DNA of 58,335 bases from Candidatus Daviesbacteria bacterium. Its GTDB lineage: Bacteria > Patescibacteriota > Microgenomatia > Daviesbacterales > UBA10151. Both the position numbers and the translations under genes were made by a program. Below are positions 9,947-19,222 of this stretch, piece by piece. The stretch covers positions 1 to 58,335 of the forward strand of contig JACPZA010000031.1 in NCBI GenBank assembly GCA_016195715.1, in the 5' to 3' direction. The first letter of the stretch is position 1. Every line of letters begins with the position of its first letter. The notes below the pieces were generated by a model, which searched no databases, was not told the origin of the DNA, and saw nothing but the letters and a program-made list of their open reading frames with translations.

Positions 9947-10657
9947 ATGATATTTAAGGATCGGGTTGATGCTGGTAAAAAATTGGCTGAAAAACTAATT
10001 AAATATTCAGATCAAAATACAGTTGTTTTAGCGCTACCAAGAGGAGGAGTGCCAGTAGGTTTTGAGGTTGCTAAAAGACTTAAGGCGCCGCTTGATGTCT
10101 TGGTTGTAAGAAAACTTGGAGCACCCTCAAGTCTGGAGTTCGGTATTGGTGCTATAGCCCCAAATAATATTAAAGTTATAGATGAAATTTCTGTTGAAAA
10201 GCTAGGTATTTCTCGGAAAGATATTGAAAAGATTGAGAAAAAACTGCGAAAAGAGTTAGACCGACGGATAAAAAAATATAGAGGTAAAAATTCATTTCCC
10301 GATGTTAAAAACAAAACAGTAGTTCTGGTTGACGATGGAGTAGCTACCGGAGTTAGTGCAAAAGCCGCTATAAAAGCAGTACTTGAACAAAATCCGAAGA
10401 GGTTGATTATTGCTGTGCCTGTTTGTGCTCTAAATGCACTCAAGGGTATAAGTTCAGTTGTTCGTCCAATAAAAGATGAGGTTATATGTCTTTATACTCC
10501 TTATGATTTTTCCGCAGTTGGTCATTTTTATAAAAGCTTTAATCCTGTCTCAGATCAGGAAGTAATTAAATTATTACAAAGTAACAAGGTATCCTTATTA
10601 AAACAATCTCAAAGGAAAATCAAAAGAGGTAAGCAATTAAAAGTTTGGGCAGTTTGA
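9947..10657 (+). CDS. Phosphoribosyltransferase family protein
   Basis: FKDRVDAG, ALPRGGVPV, VVLVDDGVATG PRPP-binding loop; SD gaggag. Confidence 0.9.
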   Translation: MIFKDRVDAGKKLAEKLIKYSDQNTVVLALPRGGVPVGFEVAKRLKAPLDVLVVRKLGAPSSLEFGIGAIAPNNIKVIDEISVEKLGISRKDIEKIEKKLRKELDRRIKKYRGKNSFPDVKNKTVVLVDDGVATGVSAKAAIKAVLEQNPKRLIIAVPVCALNALKGISSVVRPIKDEVICLYTPYDFSAVGHFYKSFNPVSDQEVIKLLQSNKVSLLKQSQRKIKRGKQLKVWAV

Positions 10658-10711
10658 TATACTTTTTAGTTATTGATTAAATAATAGTTATTTAGTATTC
10701 TCAAAACGAAA

Positions 10712-11230
10712 ATGAATGCAGTTACACTGTTAAGAGAACAATTAAAATCAGCTCATGAGACTCAAGAAGCGACCATGGCAGATGTAACAGAGCAGTCTGC
10801 TCATTTTGCAGACACTAATAAAGCTCTCCCAGTTGGCGGCGCTTATGCTCATTCAATAATTAGTGAGGATGTAGTAGTTGCAACCATGTTTGCTCATACA
10901 ACTCCACTTTCTACTGATAATTCTCTAACTGGTTTGTCTGAACCAATGCCCTCAATGAGTGATTGGGATAAACATGAAGCTTGGTATAAAACTGTTAAAG
11001 TTGATTTAACAAAATTAAAAGAATTTGCCCAAAAAGTATATCTTGCCACAGATGATTATTTAGCTTCTCTAAAAGATGAAGATTTAGATCAAGAGATTGA
11101 TATGCCAGGAATGGGCAAACACAGCTTAGCTTTTTTTATTACTAATATTGTAATTTTACATATTGCTAATTTAACTGGTGAGATCTCATCAGTAAAAGGT
11201 TTGCAAGGGTTAAAGGGTTATCCTTTTTAA
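10712..11230 (+). CDS. DinB-like four-helix bundle protein
   Basis: YAH..ED, HIANLTGEI and GLKGYPF C-terminus resemble the DinB family. Confidence 0.65.
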   Translation: MNAVTLLREQLKSAHETQEATMADVTEQSAHFADTNKALPVGGAYAHSIISEDVVVATMFAHTTPLSTDNSLTGLSEPMPSMSDWDKHEAWYKTVKVDLTKLKEFAQKVYLATDDYLASLKDEDLDQEIDMPGMGKHSLAFFITNIVILHIANLTGEISSVKGLQGLKGYPF

Positions 11231-11245
11231 GTTATAATACAAAAT

Positions 11246-11605
11246 ATGTTGAATTTAAATTCTGTCATGATTGGATCAATGCAGCCTAAAGTTTTAGCAG
11301 AGTTTTATCAAAAAGTTTTTGATAAAAAACCTAATATGGAAGAGGGTGGTTACTCTGGTTGGCAGGTGGGTAATACTTTTTTTACTGTTGGGGAACATTC
11401 CCAAATGCAGGGAAAAACTAAAGATCCAGGTAGGGTAATGTTTAATTTAGAAACTAATGAGGTCAAAGAAGAGTTTGAAAGAATTAAAGCAATAGAAGGG
11501 GCAGAGGTGGTTAAAGAACCTTATCAAATGGAAAGTGCATGGATTGCTACTCTTGCTGATCCAGATGGCAACTACTTTCAATTAATGACCCCCTGGGAAA
11601 AATAA
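11246..11605 (+). CDS. VOC/glyoxalase family protein
   Basis: AEFYQKVF...ADPDGNYFQL. Confidence 0.88.
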   Translation: MLNLNSVMIGSMQPKVLAEFYQKVFDKKPNMEEGGYSGWQVGNTFFTVGEHSQMQGKTKDPGRVMFNLETNEVKEEFERIKAIEGAEVVKEPYQMESAWIATLADPDGNYFQLMTPWEK

Positions 11606-11660
11606 GACCCACCAAAGCTAGCTACTGTTCCCTATAGAAAAGATTGTATATAATCTCCCC

Positions 11661-12755
11661 ATGTCTTTAAGAGTAGGAATAGTTGGTTTGCCAAATGTAG
11701 GGAAAAGCACACTTTTTAATGCTCTTTTGAAAAAAAGAGTAGCTTTGTCTGCCAATTATCCTTTTGCTACTATTGAACCTAATACTGGGATTGTTGCAGT
11801 CCCAGATTTTAGATTAGAAAAATTAGCAGAGTTGGTAAAGATAGAGGAAAAGATGGATCAACTGCCTCCTATTGTTCCAGCAGTAGTAGAGTTTGTAGAT
11901 ATAGCAGGACTGGTTAAAGGGGCTTCTACTGGAGCAGGTTTGGGCAATCAATTTTTATCTCACATCAGAGAAGTTGATGCAATAATCCATGTTTTAAGGG
12001 ATTTTGAAGATGAAAATATAGTCAGAGAAGGCAGTGAAAACCCGGATTCAGATAGATTAACAATAGAAACAGAGTTAGGTTTAGCAGATTTACAAACTTT
12101 GGAGAAATTAATTGTTGCCCAAGAAAAACAAGCCAGAGCATCTAAAGATAAATTAGACAGTGATAAACTCCAAATTTTAAATGATATAAAATCCCAGCTT
12201 GATCAGGGTAAAGCATTAGGTCACTATAATGTGGGGGATGAAAGGCTGAAAGAATGGTTTATAAAATTACCACTCTTAACCTTAAAACCTGTTCTATATG
12301 TTTACAATGTTGCTGAGGATATTTATAAACAAAAATTAGCTGATCATTTAAATGATAATGAGTTGGTAATCTCTGCTAGATTAGAAGAGGAGTTAGCTGA
12401 TTTATCAGAAGAAGAGAGAAAGGATTATTTATTAGAAATGGGAATTGAACAAACTGGTTTGGAAAGATTAATTAAAAAAGCTTACCACCTTTTAGGTTTA
12501 GTCTCCTTTTTAACTGCTGGCAAAAAAGAAATTAGAGCTTGGACTATTAAAAAAAATAATAAAGCTCCCCAAGCAGCTGGGGTAATTCACACTGATTTTG
12601 AAAAAGGCTTTATCAGAACTCAAGTTATAGAATATGCAAAATTAATTGAAGCTGGAAGTTATAGGATAGCTAAATTAAAAGGTTGGATTAGAACTGAAGG
12701 CAAGGAGTATCAGGTTCAAGATGGAGATGTAGTTGAGTTTTTAGTTAACAGTTAA
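11661..12755 (+). CDS. ychF: Ribosome-binding ATPase YchF
   Basis: GIVGLPNVGKST, NYPFATIEPN, DIAGLV, IHTDFEKGFI, TGS domain. Confidence 0.97.
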   Translation: MSLRVGIVGLPNVGKSTLFNALLKKRVALSANYPFATIEPNTGIVAVPDFRLEKLAELVKIEEKMDQLPPIVPAVVEFVDIAGLVKGASTGAGLGNQFLSHIREVDAIIHVLRDFEDENIVREGSENPDSDRLTIETELGLADLQTLEKLIVAQEKQARASKDKLDSDKLQILNDIKSQLDQGKALGHYNVGDERLKEWFIKLPLLTLKPVLYVYNVAEDIYKQKLADHLNDNELVISARLEEELADLSEEERKDYLLEMGIEQTGLERLIKKAYHLLGLVSFLTAGKKEIRAWTIKKNNKAPQAAGVIHTDFEKGFIRTQVIEYAKLIEAGSYRIAKLKGWIRTEGKEYQVQDGDVVEFLVNS

Positions 12756-13339
12756 CTTTCATCAATTAATTCAGCAGCTTCTAATGTTTGCCATCTTCTT
12801 GCCTCACGTGGTTTTCCTTGAGGTAATTCTATTCCCCCAAATTGTTTCGGGGCTACCTCAGCTACTCCTAATAATTTCTGGCGGGTTCTTTGAGGGTTTC
12901 GCAATAGCCAGTGAGAGTAAGTAATCATTTCGTCGCCCTCAACTAAAAGTTTAGAAGGATCACCGTCTCTCAGATACATACTAGGTTCAATAAAAAGGTC
13001 TAAATAAGTGTACCAATCAGTAAATGGGGCCAATTGTGTAACAACTTCTTTGAAAATTTGTCTTGCAGCCTCAGCCCTAATGCCAGCACGAATAAAATTT
13101 GCATCTGGATAATATGAGCCAGAGTAAAGAATTTTAGAAAGCATATCATCAGGGGATTGCTCTATTTGAAAATCTAATAATGTCGCTAATTTTTTAGTAT
13201 TAGAACCAATTAATCTGCGAACATCTCTTAAAAGAACCTGATGATTTTGTGAAGCGGACCAAAGCATTCCTCTAAATGGTGGCTCTTGATCAAATAAATT
13301 CTGTCCAGGTGCTAAGTGATCAGATCCAGCTTCAAACAT
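12752..13339 (-). CDS. Hypothetical protein
   Basis: 195-aa ORF; TGcTATAAT lies 8 nt upstream of the ATG; no recognised motif. Confidence 0.65.
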   Translation of the reverse strand: MFEAGSDHLAPGQNLFDQEPPFRGMLWSASQNHQVLLRDVRRLIGSNTKKLATLLDFQIEQSPDDMLSKILYSGSYYPDANFIRAGIRAEAARQIFKEVVTQLAPFTDWYTYLDLFIEPSMYLRDGDPSKLLVEGDEMITYSHWLLRNPQRTRQKLLGVAEVAPKQFGGIELPQGKPREARRWQTLEAAELIDES

Positions 13340-13431
13340 AGAGGACTATTATAGCAAAACAATGGTTTTAATTCAACCCATAGTCTACAAAATCTTCATT
13401 TTGATCCTATAATATGCTAAAATTTAATAAT

Positions 13432-13902
13432 ATGGAATCTTTAATTATTTTTGATAGCTTTAATAAGCCACATAAAGTTAAAAAGTCTGAGATTATAAAG
13501 CGGCGCTCTGCTTATGGAATTTATATTCAAAATAATAAAGTTTTATTGATTATGGATTCATTTGCCAAAAAGTGGGAGTTTCCAGGAGGTGGTTTGGAAG
13601 AAGGAGAAGGTGATTTAGAAGGTTTAGAAAGGGAATTTTATGAAGAAACTGGTTTAAAATTAACTGGTGAGATTCAATTAATCAAAAATCTCAAGGGTTA
13701 TTTTTACAATTTGCCCTGGAAATTAGCTTGGGAAACAGATCGCTATTTTTATTTGATTAGAAAAGTAAGTGGGGGAAAAATCCTTACAAAAGGTAATGGA
13801 ACAGACACTTTAGCTGCCAAATATTTTAAGCTCGATAATCTGCCAGTTGATAAGATCAAGCCAGAATATATTGAAATTTTAAATCTAGCATTGTATAATT
13901 AG
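13432..13902 (+). CDS. NUDIX hydrolase
   Basis: PGGGLEEGEGDLEGLEREFYEETGL Nudix box; start at 13414 or 13432. Confidence 0.9.
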   Translation: MESLIIFDSFNKPHKVKKSEIIKRRSAYGIYIQNNKVLLIMDSFAKKWEFPGGGLEEGEGDLEGLEREFYEETGLKLTGEIQLIKNLKGYFYNLPWKLAWETDRYFYLIRKVSGGKILTKGNGTDTLAAKYFKLDNLPVDKIKPEYIEILNLALYN

Positions 13903-13909
13903 CTTCACT

Positions 13910-14179
13910 GTGAATTACAACTTAACACTAGTTATTAAAAATGAGGTAGATGAAAAAGCCCGCAAAGAGCTGTTGGATTCTATAACTCAAAAATTTGGCA
14001 AATTAGTTAAAGAAGATTTGTGGGGGGTTAGAGATTTAGCTTATCCTATTAAACATCAAGATAAAGCTTTTTATGCTAATTTTGAGTTTGAAGCAGAGCC
14101 TAAAAATATATCTTCGCTTGACAAAATGGTCAAATTAAACGAAGATATTTTGAGATACTTACTTATAAAAAGGGATTAG
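13910..14179 (+). CDS. rpsF: 30S ribosomal protein S6
   Basis: WGVRDLAYPIK, ILRYLL; rpsF-ssb-rpsR synteny. Confidence 0.96.
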   Translation: MNYNLTLVIKNEVDEKARKELLDSITQKFGKLVKEDLWGVRDLAYPIKHQDKAFYANFEFEAEPKNISSLDKMVKLNEDILRYLLIKRD

Positions 14180-14186
14180 TTTTTAA

Positions 14187-14747
14187 ATGGCTACAAGGAG
14201 CTGGAATAGAGTAGAGTTAATTGGGAATTTAACAAGAGATCCAGAATTACGTTACACCCCCTCAGGTGCCGCTGTAGTTAGTTTTTCAATCGCCACCAAC
14301 CGCACTTACATGAGTGATGGTGAGAAAAAAGAAGAAGCTGATTTTCATCGAATTGTCGCCTGGAATAAATTAGCAGAGCTTTGTTCTCAGTTACTTAAAA
14401 AGGGTAATCGGGTGTTTGTCTCCGGCCGACTCCAAAATAGATCTTGGGAAGGCCAAGATGGTCAACAAAGACAAACCACAGAGATTGTCATAGAAGATAT
14501 GATCCTTTTGACATCAAGAAGCTTGAGTGAAGGAAGCAGTGATTTTAATGAGCACAGCTCTTCTTCGAATGAAGATGTAACTCCAACTAGACCTGTTAGA
14601 CCAGCACCTAAAGTTGCCTCTGAATCTGAAGTTGCACCTGAAGTACCTGAAGAAACAAAAGAGGCCGCCTCTGAAGACTCTGGCGAGCCAAAGGAAGAAA
14701 AACCCAAAACAGAAGATCCTGGTAATTTAGATGATCTCCCATTTTAA
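14187..14747 (+). CDS. ssb: Single-stranded DNA-binding protein
   Basis: NRVELIGNLTRDPELRYT OB fold; DDLPF acidic tip. Confidence 0.97.
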   Translation: MATRSWNRVELIGNLTRDPELRYTPSGAAVVSFSIATNRTYMSDGEKKEEADFHRIVAWNKLAELCSQLLKKGNRVFVSGRLQNRSWEGQDGQQRQTTEIVIEDMILLTSRSLSEGSSDFNEHSSSSNEDVTPTRPVRPAPKVASESEVAPEVPEETKEAASEDSGEPKEEKPKTEDPGNLDDLPF

Positions 14748-14786
14748 TTTTGATTTTTAAATCAAACTTAAGTATAATCACAACTT

Positions 14787-15053
14787 ATGCCAATCAAAAA
14801 GAGAACTGAAAAGAAAACTAAAACAGATGAGGTTAGAATACCCAGGCCCAAAAAGGTCTGTCAGTTTTGTGAAGGAAAAAAAGAGCCTACTTATACAGAC
14901 TCAGCTAATTTAAGGAGATTTTTATCTGATCGTTCAAAAATTCAACCAAAGCTTAGGACTGGGACTTGTAGTAAACATCAGAGGGCAGTTTCTAGGGAAA
15001 TTAAATATGCTCGCTTTTTGGGTTTACTACCATTTATTACTAAAGCAGCTTAA
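14787..15053 (+). CDS. rpsR: 30S ribosomal protein S18 (Zn-binding type)
   Basis: CQFC...TGTCSKHQR...ARFLGLLPF. Confidence 0.96.
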   Translation: MPIKKRTEKKTKTDEVRIPRPKKVCQFCEGKKEPTYTDSANLRRFLSDRSKIQPKLRTGTCSKHQRAVSREIKYARFLGLLPFITKAA

Positions 15054-15107
15054 AACTCTCCACTCTTCTTGACAAGCTCAGCTTAGATCCCTTACGCTAA
15101 ATTTAAT

Positions 15108-15692
15108 ATGCCCAAGTTGTCTGGGGTTTTTGAACAATTTAAGTCTTTAGAAAAGCTTCCTTTAGAAGAAATCAATCGTTGGCTAAAAATTAAACTTGAT
15201 GTTTATAAAATTAGCAATTATTTAGCAAATAGAGTTTTTTATCCCCAAACAATTCCAGCCACTACTCAAGATATGGAACTAGATTTAGCAATCCTCAGAG
15301 TTGCAATTAAGCAGAATCCTGCTAAATTTTATGATAGTATTAATAAGAAGGTAGCAATCCCTTTTGAGTTTAGCTTACGTTTTCACCCGCTAACATCACT
15401 AGTTGCTTGTTTTATTGACTCAATTCATTTAAAAGAATTGACTGAAGTTTTTTTAAGCTCAAGTGGAAATAGAAAACTAATTTGCTCAGTTTGTATTCCT
15501 GTTACTTTACCCAAACAAACTCCAATTACTGTCAGTATTAATCAACAAAACTATAAACTTAAACTCAATACTTTAACCTTACTACCTATTAAAGAAAAAA
15601 AATTGCAGGTTGTCATTCCCCCTACATTTAGTGTCTTGGCAGATGCAGGAGAGCTTGGAGTATTTATCGATTTAAGAAGAAGGAGCATTTAG
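15108..15692 (+). CDS. Hypothetical protein resembling the C-terminal half of GlmL/MutL (glutamate mutase L)-like proteins
   Basis: N...YPQTIP.T...LAILR and GELGVFIDLR motifs recalled from that family; promoter TTGACA(15069)-18-TACGCT. Confidence 0.5.
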   Translation: MPKLSGVFEQFKSLEKLPLEEINRWLKIKLDVYKISNYLANRVFYPQTIPATTQDMELDLAILRVAIKQNPAKFYDSINKKVAIPFEFSLRFHPLTSLVACFIDSIHLKELTEVFLSSSGNRKLICSVCIPVTLPKQTPITVSINQQNYKLKLNTLTLLPIKEKKLQVVIPPTFSVLADAGELGVFIDLRRRSI

Positions 15693-16819
15693 TGGAACTA
15701 ACAGCTAATTTAAGACCAAGAATTAGTCTAAGTACAGTCATTAGAATCAAGCGTTCACTTGCAGGTGAAGGTAAACTTACTATCACCAAAGGTCAAGAAG
15801 TTGAACCGGATGACATTTTAGGAAGCTATCAACTTTCCGCTGGTTTTTCAACAGTCAATTTGGCTAAAGAACTTGGTGTAAGTAAAGAAGCTGGTGGAGA
15901 TTACTTAAAAAGAAAAAAAGGCGAGGTAATTTATAAAGGCGAGTTACTAGCTTTAAAAACAAGTTTGCTGGGTAAAAGACAAGTTGTAGCTCCGACAGAT
16001 GCATTGATTGATGAGTATAGTCCAACTACAGGAGAATTGCTTTTAAAATTTGTTCCCAAAAGACTGCAGCTAACAGCTGGAGTTTATGGAATTGTTGATG
16101 AAGTTAGAAATTCATCTGGTGAGGTGTTTATTAAAACTTTAGTCAATGAAATTTTTGGAATCTGTGGCTCAGGTAAGGAGCGTTCTGGGATTCTTGAGCT
16201 AATTGATGGAAAAGGACATTTAACTACTAAAAATCAGGTCACCAGGGATATGAAAGGTCGTATTGTTCTGACTGGAGCGCTAATTTATAAAGAAGCGCTA
16301 AATCAGGCTATAGAGTATGGTATTGCTGGGGTAATTTCTGGGGGTTTAAATGCTAAAGATTATATTGCTATTGCTGGATCTGTTAATGCTTTTAATAGAG
16401 TTGGGACTGATGTTGGATTAACAGTTATTGTTACTGAAGGGTTTGGACCAATTCCAATCGGGGATGATATTTTCGCTTTAATTCAGAACTACTTAGGTAA
16501 ATATGTGTTTACTTATGGTAATTCCGCTAAATTAGTCTTGCCAGTTCAAAACGAAGATATTATAATAACCCTCAGAAAAACTATCCTTCCTCCCGTTGCA
16601 AGATCACCAGAACGCCAACCTGAGCTTTTGGTTAAAGAGATTAAAATTGGAAGTAAGGTGAGGATTATCTGGCCGCCTTTTGTGGGAAGTCAGGGTAAAG
16701 TAATTGGGATTGATAAATCTGTTTCAACTTTAACCAGTGGTATATCCACTATTTTATTAACAATTGAAACACCTCTTAGAAAGTTAAAGATCCCCTTTAC
16801 TAATATCGAACTAATTTAA
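15692..16819 (+). CDS. Conserved hypothetical protein with barrel-sandwich-hybrid-like motifs and C-terminal KOW-like domain
   Basis: KGQEVEPDDIL and KGEVIYKGELLA repeats, VTEGFG, IGSKVRII..PFVGSQGKV. Confidence 0.65.
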   Translation: MELTANLRPRISLSTVIRIKRSLAGEGKLTITKGQEVEPDDILGSYQLSAGFSTVNLAKELGVSKEAGGDYLKRKKGEVIYKGELLALKTSLLGKRQVVAPTDALIDEYSPTTGELLLKFVPKRLQLTAGVYGIVDEVRNSSGEVFIKTLVNEIFGICGSGKERSGILELIDGKGHLTTKNQVTRDMKGRIVLTGALIYKEALNQAIEYGIAGVISGGLNAKDYIAIAGSVNAFNRVGTDVGLTVIVTEGFGPIPIGDDIFALIQNYLGKYVFTYGNSAKLVLPVQNEDIIITLRKTILPPVARSPERQPELLVKEIKIGSKVRIIWPPFVGSQGKVIGIDKSVSTLTSGISTILLTIETPLRKLKIPFTNIELI

Positions 16820-16823
16820 ACTT

Positions 16824-18038
16824 ATGAATTTTATAAAGAAAATTAATCTAAAAACTTTACTATTTTGTCTGCTAACTTTTATTATTGGCTGGCAACTTGG
16901 ACACAGAGATTTAAATTTGCAATGGCAAAATTATCAGCCCAAAGTTACTTTTCAAAATCAAGCTCCCAGTTTAGATAAAAATATTGACTTCAAACTTTTT
17001 TGGCAGACCTGGAATTTACTGACTAAAGAGTATGTTGATAAAAAAGCGCTTGATCCTCAAAAAATGTATTACGGAGCTATCCAAGGGATGGTTTCAGCTT
17101 TGGGTGATCCATATACAGTTTTTCTTCCACCTGAAGCACAAAAAAGCACTAAAGAAGAGTTGGGTGGCAGCTTTGAAGGAGTGGGAATTCAGTTAGGTTT
17201 TGATAAAGATAAAAGGCTAGTAGTAATTGCACCACTAAAAGGAACCCCAGCTGATAAAGCCGGAATTAAACCTGGAGATTTAATTTTAAAAATTGACCAA
17301 AAAGATACAACTGGAATGTCTTTGCCGGAAGCAGTTTCTTTAATTCGGGGCAAAAAAAGCAGCCAAGTAGCTTTGCAGATTTATCATGATGGAGATAAAA
17401 AGCCAATAGACTTATCTTTAACCAGAGATACAATTATCGTAAAAAGTGTTGAATATTCGCAAAAAACTACACCATCTGGTAAAAATATAGCTTACATTAA
17501 ACTTTCTAGATTTGGTGAAAAAACTAACTCAGAATGGGATCAAGCAATTTCAGATGCGCTATCTAAAGCTCCAGATGGGGTGATTTTAGATTTAAGGAAC
17601 AACCCAGGGGGGTTTTTAGACGGGGCAGTTTTTATTGGCTCTGAGTTTATTAGCAGTGGTGATATCGTATTACAACAAGGTGCTGATGGTAATAAAGTTG
17701 AGTATAAAGTTAACCGAGTTGGTAGGTTAACTAAACTGCCTTTGGTGGTACTAATCAATAAAGGTTCAGCATCTGCTTCAGAAATTGTGGCTGGAGCAAT
17801 CCAAGATTATAAGCGAGGTCAATTAGTAGGTGATCAATCTTTTGGCAAAGGAACAATTCAAGAAGCTCAAGAACTTCCAGAAGATACTGGTATTCATATT
17901 ACAACAGCTAAGTGGTTAACTCCCAATGGCAGATGGATTCATAATATTGGTTTAACACCAGATGTTGCAATTTCTTTGGGTGATGATACGACCAAAGATA
18001 ATCAATTGGAAAAGGCTTTAAGCTTACTTGATTCTTAA
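16824..18038 (+). CDS. ctpA: C-terminal processing protease, S41 family with PDZ
   Basis: LGDPYT, PDZ GVGI, DLRNNPGG, SASASEI, FGKG. Confidence 0.95.
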   Translation: MNFIKKINLKTLLFCLLTFIIGWQLGHRDLNLQWQNYQPKVTFQNQAPSLDKNIDFKLFWQTWNLLTKEYVDKKALDPQKMYYGAIQGMVSALGDPYTVFLPPEAQKSTKEELGGSFEGVGIQLGFDKDKRLVVIAPLKGTPADKAGIKPGDLILKIDQKDTTGMSLPEAVSLIRGKKSSQVALQIYHDGDKKPIDLSLTRDTIIVKSVEYSQKTTPSGKNIAYIKLSRFGEKTNSEWDQAISDALSKAPDGVILDLRNNPGGFLDGAVFIGSEFISSGDIVLQQGADGNKVEYKVNRVGRLTKLPLVVLINKGSASASEIVAGAIQDYKRGQLVGDQSFGKGTIQEAQELPEDTGIHITTAKWLTPNGRWIHNIGLTPDVAISLGDDTTKDNQLEKALSLLDS

Positions 18039-18086
18039 GCTATTTCTCAGCAAAGTTGTGGTAAAATACCAAGACTTATAAAGTTT

Positions 18087-19193
18087 ATGGATAATTTTAG
18101 AATTTTAGTTCTTTTTATTATTATTGGTGTTTTAGCGGGAATCACTACTTTTCGTTTGGCTGCAGAGGGTAAACTTCCATTTAAGCTGAATAATTTACCA
18201 ATCCAAACTCAAAACACTCAAACCAGAACTGTAGTTCAAGAAGAAAATGCTGTTATCTCAGCAGTTGAAAAAGTTTCCCCATCTGTAGTCGCAATTGGAG
18301 TTAATCAGCGGATTTTTAACCCATTTGACCCATTTTCCCTGCCCAAAAATGAGCAAAGCACAATTGGGACTGGTTTTGTAGTTTCTGACAAGGGAATTAT
18401 TGTGACAAACCGTCATGTGGTAGCAGATCCCAACACCAAATATAGTGTAGTTTCAAAAGATGGTAAAAAATATGATGTGTCAAAAATTTATCGTGATCCA
18501 AATTTAGATTTAGCTTTAGTCCAAGTTAGCGGTTCTGATTTAAAATCCCTAGAGCTAGGTGATTCATCTAAGTTAAAAGTGGGGCAAACAGTGATTGCCA
18601 TTGGTAATGCTTTGGGCAGATTTGATAATACAGTTACAACTGGGGTAGTTTCAGGTTTGGGAAGGGCTCTAAATGCTGGAGATCCGTTTTCAGGGGAAAC
18701 TGAAAGATTAGATAATTTAATTCAAACCGATGCTGCCATTAATCCTGGTAATTCTGGTGGACCATTGCTTAACTCATCTGGTCAGGTAATTGGTGTTAAT
18801 GTTGCTACCACTGAAGGAGCGCAAAATATTGGCTTTACCATTCCTATTAACGCAGTTAAACCAGCTGTTGATGAATTTGTCCAAAATGGGACGATCTCCC
18901 GAGCCTTTTTAGGGATTAAGTATGTACTTGTCACAAGAGATGTAGCAATTTTAAATAAAGTTCCTCAAGGAGCTTATGTCCAAGATGTAGTAGCTGCCAG
19001 CCCGGCTGAAAAAGCTAACATTAATCCTGGAGATATTATTACAAAAATTGATAATCAAGATATTAGTGCTGAAAATACTATCTCAGATGTGATAGGTAAA
19101 AAAAAGGTTGGAGATAGTGTTAAGTTAGATGTTTGGACAGATGGTAAAACTAGATCAGTCAGCGCCACTTTAGCTGAATATCCTGGACAATAA
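18087..19193 (+). CDS. htrA: HtrA/DegP-like serine protease with PDZ
   Basis: TNRHVV, DLAL, QTDAAINPGNSGGPL; N-terminal TM; one PDZ. Confidence 0.95.
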   Translation: MDNFRILVLFIIIGVLAGITTFRLAAEGKLPFKLNNLPIQTQNTQTRTVVQEENAVISAVEKVSPSVVAIGVNQRIFNPFDPFSLPKNEQSTIGTGFVVSDKGIIVTNRHVVADPNTKYSVVSKDGKKYDVSKIYRDPNLDLALVQVSGSDLKSLELGDSSKLKVGQTVIAIGNALGRFDNTVTTGVVSGLGRALNAGDPFSGETERLDNLIQTDAAINPGNSGGPLLNSSGQVIGVNVATTEGAQNIGFTIPINAVKPAVDEFVQNGTISRAFLGIKYVLVTRDVAILNKVPQGAYVQDVVAASPAEKANINPGDIITKIDNQDISAENTISDVIGKKKVGDSVKLDVWTDGKTRSVSATLAEYPGQ

Positions 19194-19222
19194 GTTAAAA
19201 ATCCGCTATATTTCTTGCATAA

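Noticed and set aside
19194-19222. glmS ribozyme upstream of glmS
   Set aside because: Only 29 nt of intergenic space, occupied by a -10-like element
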